From an uncultured Gemmatimonadales bacterium (lineage in GTDB: Bacteria > Gemmatimonadota > Gemmatimonadetes > Gemmatimonadales > Gemmatimonadaceae): 64,000 nucleotides of DNA. How positions within the stretch are numbered: position 1 is the stretch's first letter; each line of letters opens with the position of its first letter. The stretch lies in assembly GCA_963851265.1 (NCBI GenBank), contig CAWKNZ010000007.1, positions 512,001-576,000 of the forward strand, read 5' to 3'. Below, one piece after another: positions 48,053 through 58,481 of this stretch. The notes under the pieces are model-generated. The model had not been told where the DNA came from. It made no database searches and worked only from the letters and a program-made list of their open reading frames with translations. Made by a program: the position numbers and the translations under genes.

Positions 48053-49086
48053 CGCTCGGTCGGGACGACGATCTGCCCGGCGATGATCGAATCGCGGAGT
48101 CCGGCGAGGCGCGCGCGCGCCGCAGGCGTGATGAGGCGCGCGTTGTTCGCGTCGTCGACGATCCGCACGCCGCCCTCCCGCAGGCCGAACTGCCGGACGC
48201 CGCCGCGAAAGTCGCCGTCGTGCACGCTCTGGATGGCGTCGAACACCGCGGCGTCGACGCCCTTGAGCATCGACGTGAGCACGTACCCCGGCGCCTCCTT
48301 GTACTGATCCGCGTCGACGCCGATCGCGAGCTTCCCCGTCTGACGCGCGGCCTCGAAGACGCCCAACCCGGTCGAGCCGGACGCATGGAAGATCACGTTC
48401 ACGCCGGCCCCGTACTGCGAGAGCGCGAGCTCCTTGCCGCGCCCCGGGTCGCGGAACGCCTCGGGCGTCACGCCGGCATACTGCGCGATCACCTGGCACG
48501 TGGGACACACGTGCAGCACCCCCGCGCGGTACCCGGCTTCGAACTTGTGGATGAGCGGGATGTCCATGCCGCCCACGAACCCGACCTTCTGCGATCCACC
48601 CACGAGTGCGGCCAGGGCACCGGCGAGAAACGCCCCCTGCTCCTCGCGGAACTTGAGCGCCTCGAGGTTGGGCGGGGGCGGGATGGGATTGCCGGCCTTG
48701 TCGGTCGCGATCGCGTAGTCGACGCCGGCGAAGTGCGTGCGCGGGTACTCCTTCGCGAGCTGCGTCAGGTCGTCGCTGAAGATGAAGCCGACGCCCACGA
48801 CGAGGTCCATCCCCTCGGCGGCCAGCAACCGCAGCCCGGCCTCCCGGTCGGAGCCCTCGCCGGGCTCCACGTAGCGCACGCGCGCGCCGAACGCGCGCGC
48901 GGCCCGGGTCGCGCCGAGGTACGCGCCGTCGTTGAACGACTTGTCGCCGCGGCCGCCGACGTCGAACACCACGCCCACGTTGAGCGCCCGGCCGGCCGGC
49001 GGCTCGGCCGCCCCCGAGGGGCGGACGAGCAGGAACGCGAGGTGCGCGACGAGCAGCGCGCCGACGAGGAGGAGCAGCTTGCGCAT
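48049..49086 (-). CDS. BMP-family ABC substrate-binding protein
   Basis: GGRGDKSFND, FREEQGAFLAG, GFVGG, IGVDADQ. Confidence 0.92.
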   Translation of the reverse strand: MRKLLLLVGALLVAHLAFLLVRPSGAAEPPAGRALNVGVVFDVGGRGDKSFNDGAYLGATRAARAFGARVRYVEPGEGSDREAGLRLLAAEGMDLVVGVGFIFSDDLTQLAKEYPRTHFAGVDYAIATDKAGNPIPPPPNLEALKFREEQGAFLAGALAALVGGSQKVGFVGGMDIPLIHKFEAGYRAGVLHVCPTCQVIAQYAGVTPEAFRDPGRGKELALSQYGAGVNVIFHASGSTGLGVFEAARQTGKLAIGVDADQYKEAPGYVLTSMLKGVDAAVFDAIQSVHDGDFRGGVRQFGLREGGVRIVDDANNARLITPAARARLAGLRDSIIAGQIVVPTER

Positions 49087-49105
49087 CCCTCCTCCCCGTC
49101 CGTGG

Positions 49106-50716
49106 TCAGCCGACCAGCTTGTAGCGGAACGCCACGATCCCGCCCTTCGCCGACTCGACGCGCGCCGCCTTGCTGTCCCCGACGGCGAGCGGGCCGACGC
49201 TCACGTTCTGCGTGTCGATCACCGCGCCCGCCTTGTCGAGGAACTCGACCGCGAGCGTGTACGTCTTCGGTGAGGCCGACGGCGCCGCCGCGGCGGGGCG
49301 CGGACGTGCACCGGGGCGGCCGCCCACCGTCGTCGTGGACGTCGCCGACTGCAGCTTGAGCGCCTCGACGTTCATCCCGATGACCGCGCGCGTCTGCCCG
49401 CGCGTGAACTCGGTGAAGGTGACCTTGACCGGCATCTGCTCGCTCATCGTGTTGTACTTCACGAGCGAGTCGACGTAGGCCTTCTTCTGTGCCGGGGCGG
49501 TCGCCGCCTTCGAAAGCCCCTGGTACGCGTACGCCAGGAACAGGTAGTTAGCGGGGTTGGCCGGATCGACCGCGACGAGGCGCTGCGCGACGGGGATGAT
49601 CTGCGACCATTGCTGCTGCTGATAGTAGGTCGCGGTCAGGTTGTTGAGCGCGTCGCGCTGGTACGGGTTCTTTTCGAGCGCGGCGGCGAAGAGCTTGGCC
49701 GCGTCGGCGGCGTTGGACGCCTGCGAGGCGATCACGCCGGCGTTCGTGAGCGCGACGTCGTCGTACTTGTCGGGGTTGGCGAGCTGGTCGGCGTACACCG
49801 ACCCGAGCGCGGCCTTGTCGCCCGTCAGCTGCACCATCTGCGCGAGCGTGGCCTGCAGCCGCGGCGCGTCGGGGCTGTTGGGGTACGCCGCGAGGAAGGT
49901 GCGGATGGCGTCGGCCGCCTCCTTGGCACGCGCCGGCTTGTCGGCCGCCGGGGCCGCTTGCGCGGCGCTCACGGAGTTGACGGCGATGTTCTGCAGCGCG
50001 GCCGAACGCAGGTCGCGCCCCTGCGCCGACGTGTCGTTCGCGGCGAGCGTCGCCACCTGCGGCCAGTAGCGCGATGCGGCGGCCGCATCGCCCTTGCTCT
50101 GCGCGACGTTGGCGAGCACGTAATACGGCAGCGGGCTGCCCTTGTAGACGATCAGCGCGCGCTCGGCCAGCCGCGCCGCCGAGTCGGGCTTCTGCGCGTT
50201 GAGCGCGCCCAGCGAGGCGTTCACCGTGCCGACCCACGCGTTCTGGCGGATCTGGCTGACCGTCGCCGCGCAGTTCGGCTTCGCCTGCTCGATGACGGTC
50301 GCGAGCGAGTCGATCGTCTTGAGGAGGTCCGCCGGCTGGTTCGGATCGTTGGCGTAGCCGAGGTCGGCGCGCGTCGCGTTGGTCGCGACGCGAAGATCCT
50401 GCGCCTCGAGCATGTAGGCCTGCGCGAGCGTGAGCGCTGTGCCGGTCGGGTTGGACTTCGCGGCGCTCGCGTCACCGGTCACGCGTTGGGCGGCGGCGCG
50501 GAGCGCCTTGAGCTTGGCGGCGGAGTCGCTCTGCGCCTGCGCGCCCTGGATGCTGAGGAACGCGAGCCCGAGCGAGCCCGGGTTGCTCTGATTGATGTCG
50601 CAGGTAGGCCCCGACGCCGGGGCGCTCTTGGCACCCTGCGCGGCGGCCGGGCGCGCGGCGGCGCCGGCGGCAAGAGCGGCGGCGCCGAGCGCCAGACGGG
50701 GGATCGAACGCGTCAT
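49106..50716 (-). CDS. Secreted TPR-repeat protein
   Basis: Signal peptide AAA-Q; TPR helices (ALEKNPYQRDALNNL, LVAVDPAN). Confidence 0.8.
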   Translation of the reverse strand: MTRSIPRLALGAAALAAGAAARPAAAQGAKSAPASGPTCDINQSNPGSLGLAFLSIQGAQAQSDSAAKLKALRAAAQRVTGDASAAKSNPTGTALTLAQAYMLEAQDLRVATNATRADLGYANDPNQPADLLKTIDSLATVIEQAKPNCAATVSQIRQNAWVGTVNASLGALNAQKPDSAARLAERALIVYKGSPLPYYVLANVAQSKGDAAAASRYWPQVATLAANDTSAQGRDLRSAALQNIAVNSVSAAQAAPAADKPARAKEAADAIRTFLAAYPNSPDAPRLQATLAQMVQLTGDKAALGSVYADQLANPDKYDDVALTNAGVIASQASNAADAAKLFAAALEKNPYQRDALNNLTATYYQQQQWSQIIPVAQRLVAVDPANPANYLFLAYAYQGLSKAATAPAQKKAYVDSLVKYNTMSEQMPVKVTFTEFTRGQTRAVIGMNVEALKLQSATSTTTVGGRPGARPRPAAAAPSASPKTYTLAVEFLDKAGAVIDTQNVSVGPLAVGDSKAARVESAKGGIVAFRYKLVG

Positions 50717-50829
50717 ACCGAGGGGCTCTCCTCTACGGTGGGGGTAGAACGGCCAATATACCACGCGCATGGCCGCCCTCCCGTACCAAGCGGGCGGGAA
50801 CGGGTTCCGCCCGACGTAGCTTTTGCACC

Positions 50830-52404
50830 ATGACCGACCACATCCGAACGCGCTTCCTCGTCATCGGCACCGGCGTCGCCGGGCTCCACACCGCGTGGCG
50901 CGCCGCGCAGGGCGTCTCGGGGGACGGCGACGTCCTGCTCCTCACGAAGCGCTCGCTCTTCGATTCGTCCACGGCCTACGCGCAGGGTGGGATCGCGGCC
51001 GCGCTCGGCGCCGGCGACTCGCCCGCGCTGCACCGCGCCGACACGCTCGCCGCCGGGGCCGCGCTCTGCGACGCCGACGCCGTACAGGTCCTCGTCGAGG
51101 AGGGTCCGTCGCGCGTACGCGAGCTGCAGACGGCCGGTGCCGCGTTCGACCTGACGCCCACGGGCGAGATCAAGCTCGGGCGCGAAGCGGCGCACTCGCG
51201 CGACCGGATCGTGCACGCGCGTGGCGACCAGACGGGGGCGGAAGTCGCACGCACGCTCGTGGCCCGCGTGCGCGCGGAGCGCCGCATCCAGGTGCTGGAA
51301 CACGCGCGCGTGCTCGACCTCGTCGTCGACGACGGCCCGCGCGGCCGCCGCTGCGTGGGCGCACGGGCGAGCGTGTCGGGACGGCCGGTCGAGATCACGG
51401 CCGACGCGACGGTGCTCGCCACGGGCGGGTGTGGACAGGTCTACCGCTACACCACCAACCCGCTCGTCGCGACCGGGGACGGCTACGCGATCGCGCACCG
51501 CGCCGGGGCGACGCTCGCCGACATGGAATTCGTCCAGTTCCATCCGACCGCGCTCGACACCGCCGAGAACCCGCTCGCGCTCGTGTCGGAGGCGGTGCGC
51601 GGCGAGGGCGCGCTCCTGCTTAACGCGCAGCTCGAACGCTTCATGCCGGCTCGACACCCGCAGGCGGAGCTCGCGCCACGCGACGTGGTCGCGCGCGAGA
51701 TCTTCCGCGAACAGCAGCGCACGGGCAAGGTGTGGCTCGACGCGCGCCGACTCGGCGGCACGCCGGGGAGCCCGGCCGGCGGCGGAACGTCGGGCGGCGG
51801 GCGCGTGCGGTTCTCGGAGCGGTTCCCGGGGATCTACGCGCTGTGCACGGCTCGCGGCATCGACCCGGAGCGGGCGCTCATTCCGGTCACGCCGGCCGCA
51901 CACTACATGATGGGCGGGGTGGTCACCGACCTCGCGGGCAGGGCGTCGCTCGACGGCCTGTGGGCAGTGGGAGAGGTGGCCCGGACGGGGGTGCACGGCG
52001 CGAACCGGTTGGCGAGCAACTCGCTGCTCGAGGGGCTGGTGTTCGCGGAGCGTGCCGCACGCGACCTGTTAGCTGCGCCGCGGCCGGCGCGGGCGCCGCG
52101 ACGGCGGGAAGGGTGGGAGGTGCCGCCGCTCTCGGACCGCGGTGCCGCGCAGGTCGCGGCGGGGGCGGTGCGGACGGCAATGTGGGAGAGTGCGGCCATC
52201 GCCCGCACCGGCAAGGGGCTGGAACGGTGCCTCGCGCAGCTGCGGACGATCGAGGCGCGGCTCGCGCCAGGAATGACCGAGGAGCGCAACCTGGTCGACA
52301 CGGCGAGGATGATCGCCGAGGCGGCGCTCAGGCGGCGGGAGAGCAGGGGAGGGCACTACCGGAGCGATTTCCCCGCGGTCGGCGCCGTCGCGGTCTCGCG
52401 TTAG
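50830..52404 (+). CDS. nadB: L-aspartate oxidase
   Basis: [47 protein letters not shown]. Confidence 0.95.
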   Translation: MTDHIRTRFLVIGTGVAGLHTAWRAAQGVSGDGDVLLLTKRSLFDSSTAYAQGGIAAALGAGDSPALHRADTLAAGAALCDADAVQVLVEEGPSRVRELQTAGAAFDLTPTGEIKLGREAAHSRDRIVHARGDQTGAEVARTLVARVRAERRIQVLEHARVLDLVVDDGPRGRRCVGARASVSGRPVEITADATVLATGGCGQVYRYTTNPLVATGDGYAIAHRAGATLADMEFVQFHPTALDTAENPLALVSEAVRGEGALLLNAQLERFMPARHPQAELAPRDVVAREIFREQQRTGKVWLDARRLGGTPGSPAGGGTSGGGRVRFSERFPGIYALCTARGIDPERALIPVTPAAHYMMGGVVTDLAGRASLDGLWAVGEVARTGVHGANRLASNSLLEGLVFAERAARDLLAAPRPARAPRRREGWEVPPLSDRGAAQVAAGAVRTAMWESAAIARTGKGLERCLAQLRTIEARLAPGMTEERNLVDTARMIAEAALRRRESRGGHYRSDFPAVGAVAVSR

Positions 52405-52454
52405 CCGTCCGGCGTTCGACGACGCCGGCGTCGACAGCTTATCGTTCTCCCCCT

Positions 52455-53498
52455 ATGCCGTCGCCCTCGTCAACCGCCTCGGACTCGGCGCTGCACGCCG
52501 AGATCCGCTCCCTCGCCCGGTCGCGCGACGCCGTCATCCTCGCGCACAACTACGAACGCCCCGAGGTCCAGGACGTCGCGGACTACGTCGGCGACTCGCT
52601 CGGTCTCTCGCGCGAGGCGGCCAAGACGGACGCGGACGTGATCGTCTTCTGCGGCGTGCACTTCATGGCCGAGACGGCGAAGATTCTCTCGCCCGAGAAG
52701 ACCGTCCTCCTCCCGGATCTCGCCGCCGGCTGCTCGCTCGCGAGCACGATCGACGCCGACCAGCTGCGCGCGTGGAAGGCCGAGCACCCGGGCGCGGTGG
52801 TCGTCGCGTACGTGAACACGACGGCCGACGTGAAGGCCGAGAGCGACTACTGCTGCACGAGCGGCAACGCCGTCGAGGTGGTGAACGCGATCCCGGCCGA
52901 TCAGGAGGTGCTGTTCCTCCCCGACATGTTCCTCGGCGCGCACGTGCGGCGCGTGACCGGACGCGAGAACATCCACGTGTGGATGGGCGAGTGCCACGTG
53001 CACGCGGGCATCGACCCGGAGCACATCACGCTGCAGCGCGCCGCGCACCCACGCGCCGAGTTCCTCATCCACCCCGAGTGCGGCTGCGCCACCCCGGTGG
53101 TCGAGGCGATGTCGGCGGGGGCGATCGACGCCGAGGACGTGCACATCCTCTCGACCGAAGGGATGATCAAGCGGCCGGGGGAGAGTCCGCGGGACGAGTT
53201 CATCGTGGCCACCGAGGTCGGCATCCTGCACCGGCTGCGGCGGGCCTACCCGGGCAAGACGTTCTACGCGGCGAGCGATCGCGCGCAGTGCGCGTACATG
53301 AAGGTGACCACCCTGCCCAAGGTGCTGCGCTCGCTCGAGACGCTCACGCACGAGATCCGCGTGCCGCAGGCGACGGCCGCGCGGGCGCGGCGCGCGATCG
53401 AACGCATGGTCGCGATCGGCGGGTCGGGCGGCGGGCCCGGGCTGTCCGGCCCACCGCAGTCGCCGTTCCGCACCTCGGACGAGGACCCCGGCGAATGA
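52455..53498 (+). CDS. nadA: Quinolinate synthase
   Basis: [37 protein letters not shown]. Confidence 0.95.
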   Translation: MPSPSSTASDSALHAEIRSLARSRDAVILAHNYERPEVQDVADYVGDSLGLSREAAKTDADVIVFCGVHFMAETAKILSPEKTVLLPDLAAGCSLASTIDADQLRAWKAEHPGAVVVAYVNTTADVKAESDYCCTSGNAVEVVNAIPADQEVLFLPDMFLGAHVRRVTGRENIHVWMGECHVHAGIDPEHITLQRAAHPRAEFLIHPECGCATPVVEAMSAGAIDAEDVHILSTEGMIKRPGESPRDEFIVATEVGILHRLRRAYPGKTFYAASDRAQCAYMKVTTLPKVLRSLETLTHEIRVPQATAARARRAIERMVAIGGSGGGPGLSGPPQSPFRTSDEDPGE

Positions 53499-54829
53499 GT
53501 CTCCCCCCGGACGACCTGCCCGACGCCGCGCCGGAGGACGGCCCGGAGTTCGGCGGCCGCGTGGGCGACCAGCTGCGGGCGCAGCGCGACGCCGGTGCGC
53601 CGTCCGAGGACGCCCCGCCCGCGGACGCGCCGACCGGCGACGCCCCGATCGGCGACGTGCCGACGGCGGACGCGCCGCCCGGCGAGCGCCGTCGCAATCC
53701 CCACGGCACCCGCCGCATCGCCGACCTCGGTGCCGGTGATCGCCTCGGCGTCGATCGCTTCGGCGTCGAGCGGCGCGGCGGGCGCGCGCGCCGCGAGAGC
53801 GACGACGCGGACGCGGCGGCCGACTCGACGCTCGCGCGCATGCTCCGCATCGGCCGCACCCCTGCCGCCGACGTGCCGCTCCCTCCCTCGGTCGCCGGCA
53901 CCCCGCTCGGCGCCGCGCCGCCCGCCGATCCGGAGGACGCGACGGTGCCGGACATCACTCCGGTGGCCACGCCCTTGGACCCCCTCTACTTCCCGCTCAC
54001 CCCGGCGCAGGCGTCCCTGATCGTCCGCGAGGCGCTGTACGAGGACGAGGCATTCAACGACGTGACCACGCTCGCCACCGTACTGCCGGGCCGGCACGCG
54101 CGCGGACAGCTGGTCGCGCGTCAGGCGGGGGTGATCGCCGGGATCGCGCTCGCGGTCGAGGCGTTCCGGCAGGTCGACCCGCGCGTCACCGTGCGCGTCG
54201 ACGTGCCCGACGGCGTCGAGGTCGCGGCGGGCACGCCGATCGTGTTCCTGTCGGGGCACGCGCGCGGCATCCTGAGTGCGGAGCGCGTCGCCCTCAACTT
54301 CGTGCAGCGCCTCTCGGGGGTCGCGACCCTCACCGCGCGGTACGTGCACGCCGTCGCTGGCACGGGTGCGCGCATCCTCGACACGCGCAAGACGACGCCC
54401 GGGTGGCGGCGGCTCGAGAAGTACGCCGTGCGCGCGGGCGGCGGCGCCAACCACCGCCTCGACCTCGCGTCGGCGGTCCTGATCAAGGACAACCACCTCG
54501 CGGCCGTCGACGGCGACGTCGGGTTCGCGGTGCGGCGCGCGCGCGAGCTGGCGCCGCCAGGTGCGAGCGTCGAGGTCGAGTGCGACCGGCGCGTGCAGGT
54601 GGAGGCCGCGCTCGCCGCCGGCGCCGACATCGTCCTGCTCGACAACATGCCGCTCGACGAGATGCGGAGTTGCGCGATGCTCTGCCGCGGCAGCGCCCTC
54701 ACCGAGGCGTCGGGCGGCGTGCGGCTCGACACCGTACGGGCGATCGCGGAAACAGGAGTCGATTTCGTGTCGGTCGGCGCGCTCACGCACTCCGCCCCGG
54801 CCATGGACGTGGCCCTCGACTTCGAGTAG
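53495..54829 (+). CDS. nadC: Nicotinate-nucleotide diphosphorylase with long N-terminal extension
   Basis: ATGA overlap; [41 protein letters not shown]. Confidence 0.93.
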   Translation: MSLPPDDLPDAAPEDGPEFGGRVGDQLRAQRDAGAPSEDAPPADAPTGDAPIGDVPTADAPPGERRRNPHGTRRIADLGAGDRLGVDRFGVERRGGRARRESDDADAAADSTLARMLRIGRTPAADVPLPPSVAGTPLGAAPPADPEDATVPDITPVATPLDPLYFPLTPAQASLIVREALYEDEAFNDVTTLATVLPGRHARGQLVARQAGVIAGIALAVEAFRQVDPRVTVRVDVPDGVEVAAGTPIVFLSGHARGILSAERVALNFVQRLSGVATLTARYVHAVAGTGARILDTRKTTPGWRRLEKYAVRAGGGANHRLDLASAVLIKDNHLAAVDGDVGFAVRRARELAPPGASVEVECDRRVQVEAALAAGADIVLLDNMPLDEMRSCAMLCRGSALTEASGGVRLDTVRAIAETGVDFVSVGALTHSAPAMDVALDFE

Positions 54830-54962
54830 CGCCGCACGGTCTCGGTGACGCCGGCGTCATCCGCGGGAACGGAATTCGCAAGCCCAGCGCTCGCGACCGG
54901 GCGACTTCCGTCGGAAGTCGTGCCGATCGGCGTGGAACCTGACACTCGACACGGGGCGCGAC

Positions 54963-55595
54963 ATGGGACGGATGGGGTTGGATAGGGCCGCGGCGACACT
55001 GCGCGCGGGCGTGCTGGCGAGCGCGGTGGTCTTCGCAACGACGGCTGTGGGTGCGCGGTCCGCCGCGGCACAAGTGACGCAATCGACGCAGTCGTGGGGC
55101 GGCGTGCTGAGCGGGGCGCAGCAGGCGCCGGGCAACGCGAGCACGGGAAGCGGTTCCACGCTTCTCACGCTCAGCGGCAACCTGCTGACCGTCAACCTGT
55201 CATGGACGGGGCTCGTCGGCGGACCGGTGACCGGCGCGCACATCCATTGCTGCATCGCGCCTGGCAACAACACCGACGTGGCGGTGCCGTTCACGGGGAT
55301 CGCGTTCACCACGGCGGGGACGTACACCAACATCTTCGACCTGACGAACGCGTCGATCTACACGAGCGCGTACCTCGCCGCGAGCGGCGGGACGGCGGCC
55401 GGGGCGGAGGCGCGGCTGATCGGTGGCCTGAACGCCGGGCAGGCGTACGTGAACGTGCACAACACGACGTACCCGGGCGGCGAGATCCGCGCGAACGTCA
55501 GCGTGGTCGCGACGCCCGAACCGGCCACGTTCGCGCTCGCGGCCGTCGGACTCGGCGGGGCGGGGCTGGCCGCGCGGCGCCGGCGCCGGGCGTAA
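54963..55595 (+). CDS. CHRD-domain PEP-CTERM protein
   Basis: AHIHCC, YVNVH..PGGEIR; C-terminal TPEPAT + TM + RRRRR. Confidence 0.88.
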   Translation: MGRMGLDRAAATLRAGVLASAVVFATTAVGARSAAAQVTQSTQSWGGVLSGAQQAPGNASTGSGSTLLTLSGNLLTVNLSWTGLVGGPVTGAHIHCCIAPGNNTDVAVPFTGIAFTTAGTYTNIFDLTNASIYTSAYLAASGGTAAGAEARLIGGLNAGQAYVNVHNTTYPGGEIRANVSVVATPEPATFALAAVGLGGAGLAARRRRRA

Positions 55596-55603
55596 CGGTG
55601 TGG

Positions 55604-55642
55604 CGCGTTAGGCGCGACGCCTCACGCGTCGCGCCTAACGCG
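55604..55642. terminator. 17-bp perfect hairpin between convergent genes, built from two GCCTAACGC motifs
   Basis: CGCGTTAGGCGCGACGC-CTCAC-GCGTCGCGCCTAACGCG. Confidence 0.8.
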
Positions 55643-56240
55643 TGAAGGCGGGGCCGTCGGCCGCGGGCGCGGGGAGGTCGGACAGGTGTTCCTGTACGAT
55701 CACCCACCGTCCGCCCCGGCGGGCGAACACCGCCGTCCACGCGCCCGCGAGCGTGTGCGGGCGCCCTTCGGGCGTCAGGTGCGGGATCGCGTAGGTGAGC
55801 GTGAGCGCGGCAGCCTCGGGGCCGAGCGCGGTCGCGTAGCGCTCGCGGACGACGAAGCGCGGGTCGCGCATGTTCTGGCCGACGCGGCTCCAGAAGCCGG
55901 CGATCTGCTGGGCGAGCGCGGCGCGCGTCGTGGTGACGCGCCCTGCCGCCGCCGAGACGACGAACGCGCCCGGCGCGTAGAGGGCGAGCAGGCGCTGTTC
56001 GACGCCCGGGCGCGAGAAGTCGTAGGCGTCGGTGATCAGCCCGACGAGCGTGTCGGCGAGCGCCGCATCGCGCGAACTGGCCGATGCTCCGACGGTCCCG
56101 CCCGCGGCCGCGGGGGGCGCGTCGCGATTCGCGGACCCGCGGCACGCGGCCGCGATGGCGATCGCGACGGCCGCCGCGGCGCGAGTGGGCGCAGCGTGCG
56201 CCGCCGGGCGTCGAGCGAACGTGCGGCGTGAGGCCGGCAA
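55635..56240 (-). CDS. SnoaL/NTF2-like domain protein, probable lipoprotein
   Basis: GAWTAVF.RRGGRWVIVQEHLS; IAAAC lipobox-like; start uncertain. Confidence 0.75.
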   Translation of the reverse strand: MPASRRTFARRPAAHAAPTRAAAAVAIAIAAACRGSANRDAPPAAAGGTVGASASSRDAALADTLVGLITDAYDFSRPGVEQRLLALYAPGAFVVSAAAGRVTTTRAALAQQIAGFWSRVGQNMRDPRFVVRERYATALGPEAAALTLTYAIPHLTPEGRPHTLAGAWTAVFARRGGRWVIVQEHLSDLPAPAADGPAFTR

Positions 56241-56430
56241 GCGAGGCGGGGGTTGGTCGGTGCGGGGCGGGGCGGGGCGCGCACCTTCCCTCGCACTCGG
56301 CGCGCCACGCGCTATCTCTCATGCAGCATCTCTCAGGCAGCGCGCGTCCGCGTCAGGACGCGTCGCCTCACCCGCCGGCCGGCCCGCCGACGACGGGGTT
56401 GCGCGTCGCGGCGGGGCGAAGGTGAGGCGT

Positions 56431-57171
56431 ATGACGGCACTCGGACGAGGAGCATCTCCCGGCGCGTCGCGCGCCGTCGCGATCGGCGCTGGCATCGTCA
56501 CGGTGGGGGCGATCGGTTTGGCCCTGCACCTCGCCGGCGGCGTCCCGGCCGCGCGCACGCCGAACGCGGACGCGCTGCGCCGCGACCTCGACGCGGCAGC
56601 CGCCGCGGCCGCGTTCGCGCCCACCGCCCGAGCGGGCGCGCCGGTGCGTTTCGTCTCCCCACTCGAACTCGGCGAGAGCACGGCGCCCGCGCGTTCGGCA
56701 CCGGCGGGCTCGGCGCGAGCGGTGCGTCCCGTTCCCGCGGCCGCGCGGCACGCCGCGCACGCGGTGCGGAGCACGCCGACGGCGGTCGCCGTCGAACACG
56801 CGCCGGTGCGCGACGTCGCGGACCGCACGAGCGCCGCGACGACGGCGCCGGCCGCGGTGGCGGCGCCGGCCGGGCCCGTCGGCGACGCGGCCCCACCGCC
56901 GGGCGCGCACGAGACCGGGCCGGCCGTCGCGGCGGCCGGTGCACCGGCGTCGGCCGGGGGCGGCACGTACACGCCCCCCACGGCACCCGGACCGTCGGTC
57001 GCGTCGGCGCCACCGTCACCGGCGCCCGAAGGCGGTGGCGTGGTGATTCGCGGCGGTGGCATCGGAGACACCGATCACTGCGAGCGCGACCACGGGCGGG
57101 GACGGATGCCGTGGCCGGGCGGCATCTTTGGCGGTGGGTCGATCGGCCGGAGGTTCCCCGGCCGATTCTGA
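56431..57171 (+). CDS. Hypothetical membrane-anchored Ala/Pro-rich protein
   Basis: N-terminal TM, FVSPLEL, low-complexity linker, VVIRGG..DHCE tail. Confidence 0.6.
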   Translation: MTALGRGASPGASRAVAIGAGIVTVGAIGLALHLAGGVPAARTPNADALRRDLDAAAAAAAFAPTARAGAPVRFVSPLELGESTAPARSAPAGSARAVRPVPAAARHAAHAVRSTPTAVAVEHAPVRDVADRTSAATTAPAAVAAPAGPVGDAAPPPGAHETGPAVAAAGAPASAGGGTYTPPTAPGPSVASAPPSPAPEGGGVVIRGGGIGDTDHCERDHGRGRMPWPGGIFGGGSIGRRFPGRF

Positions 57172-57197
57172 TCCGCCGGTGCTGCGACCGGTCCGGG

Positions 57198-58481
57198 TCA
57201 GCTCCCTAGCACCGCCGCGAACTGGTCGAGCGCCCAGTCGCACTCGTCGGCCGTGAGGACGAGCGGCGGCGCGACGCGGATGGTGTGTTCGTGCGTCTCC
57301 TTGCACAGCAGCCCGCGCGCCCGCAGCCGCTCGCAGAACGGCCGCGCGCCCCCCTCGCCCGCGTGCAGTTCGACGCCGATGAGCAGCCCCCGGCCGCGCA
57401 CCTCCTTCACCCGCCCGCCGCCTAACGCGCGGAGCCCGGCCCGCAGGCGCGCCCCGATCCGGTCGGCGTTCTCGATCATGCCTTCCTCCACGAGCACGCG
57501 GATCGCCGCGCGCGCGACCGCGCAGGCGAGCGGGTTGCCGCCGAACGTGCTTCCGTGCTCGCCCGGCCGCAGCACGTCCATCGCCTCCGCGTTCGAGAGC
57601 ACCGCGCTCACCGGGTAGAAGCCGCCCGAGAGCGCCTTGCCGACGAGCGTCAGGTCGGCCTCCACCCCCTCGTGCTCCTCGGCGAGCAGGCGGCCCGTGC
57701 GACCGAGCCCGGTCTGAATCTCGTCGAGGACGAGGAGCGCGCGGTGCCGCGTGCAGAGTTCGCGCGCCGCGCGCAGGTAGCCCGCGGGCGGCACGATCAC
57801 GCCCGCCTCGCCCTGGATGGGCTCGAGGAGCACGGCGACCGTGTCGGGCGTGATCGCCGCTTCGAGCGCCGCCGCGTCGCCGTAGGGAACGACGGTGAAC
57901 CCGGGCGCGAACGGCCCGAAGTTGCGTCGCGAGCCCTCGTCGGTGCTGAAGCCCACGATCGCCACGGTGCGCCCGTGGAAGTTGCCATCCGCGACGATCA
58001 CCTGCGCGCGGTCCGGGGCGACGCCCTTCACCTCGTACCCCCACTTCCGCGCGACCTTGATCGCGCTCTCGACGGCCTCCGCGCCCGAGTTCATCGGCAG
58101 CGCGCGGTGCGAGCCGGTGAGCGCGCACAGCTCCTCGTAGAACGGGCCGAGCTGGTCGTTGCGGAACGCGCGCGACGTGAGCGTGAGGCGCGACGCCTGC
58201 GCGACCATCGCCTCGAGGATGCGCGGGTGGCAGTGCCCCTGGTTGACGGCGGAATACGCCGAGAGGCAGTCGAGGTAGCGTCGGCCGTCGACGTCCCACA
58301 CCCACACGCCCGACCCGCGCGTGAGCACGACGTCGAGCGGCTTGTAGTTGCGCGCGCCGTACGCGGCCTCGAGCGCAACGAAGTCGGACGGGCCGTGCGG
58401 GACGGTGGGGACGGCGGACGCGGGGCGGGCGGCGGTGGCGGACACGGGGCGCTCCTGCGGACGGGGAAGGACCTTAGGCAT
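57198..58481 (-). CDS. rocD: Ornithine--oxo-acid aminotransferase
   Basis: [56 protein letters not shown]. Confidence 0.95.
   Translation of the reverse strand: MPKVLPRPQERPVSATAARPASAVPTVPHGPSDFVALEAAYGARNYKPLDVVLTRGSGVWVWDVDGRRYLDCLSAYSAVNQGHCHPRILEAMVAQASRLTLTSRAFRNDQLGPFYEELCALTGSHRALPMNSGAEAVESAIKVARKWGYEVKGVAPDRAQVIVADGNFHGRTVAIVGFSTDEGSRRNFGPFAPGFTVVPYGDAAALEAAITPDTVAVLLEPIQGEAGVIVPPAGYLRAARELCTRHRALLVLDEIQTGLGRTGRLLAEEHEGVEADLTLVGKALSGGFYPVSAVLSNAEAMDVLRPGEHGSTFGGNPLACAVARAAIRVLVEEGMIENADRIGARLRAGLRALGGGRVKEVRGRGLLIGVELHAGEGGARPFCERLRARGLLCKETHEHTIRVAPPLVLTADECDWALDQFAAVLGS

Larger units (their letters stand above)
851..57426. repeat. Dispersed heptamer GCCTAAC/GTTAGGC (23 copies counted by eye)
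   Basis: Starts at 851, 2144, 4020, 5189, 7354, 10664, 14641, 14769, 20112, 20869, 21572, 27236, 29113, 30985, 35274, 37928, 37967, 40696, 41433, 43886, 55607, 55633, 57420. Confidence 0.9.

Noticed and set aside
851..57426. GTTAGGC/GCCTAAC match integron attC core (GTTRRRY) and inverse core (RYYYAAC)
   Set aside because: No GCCTAAC followed 50-140 bp later by GTTAGGC; the only close inverted pair (55607/55633) is in the opposite order; most copies are inside housekeeping genes; no IntI seen
851..57426. Chi/KOPS-like or bldA-type TTA-codon explanation for the motif
   Set aside because: No strong strand polarity (9 vs 14), and it occurs in other frames and intergenic DNA, so it is not just a TTA codon effect
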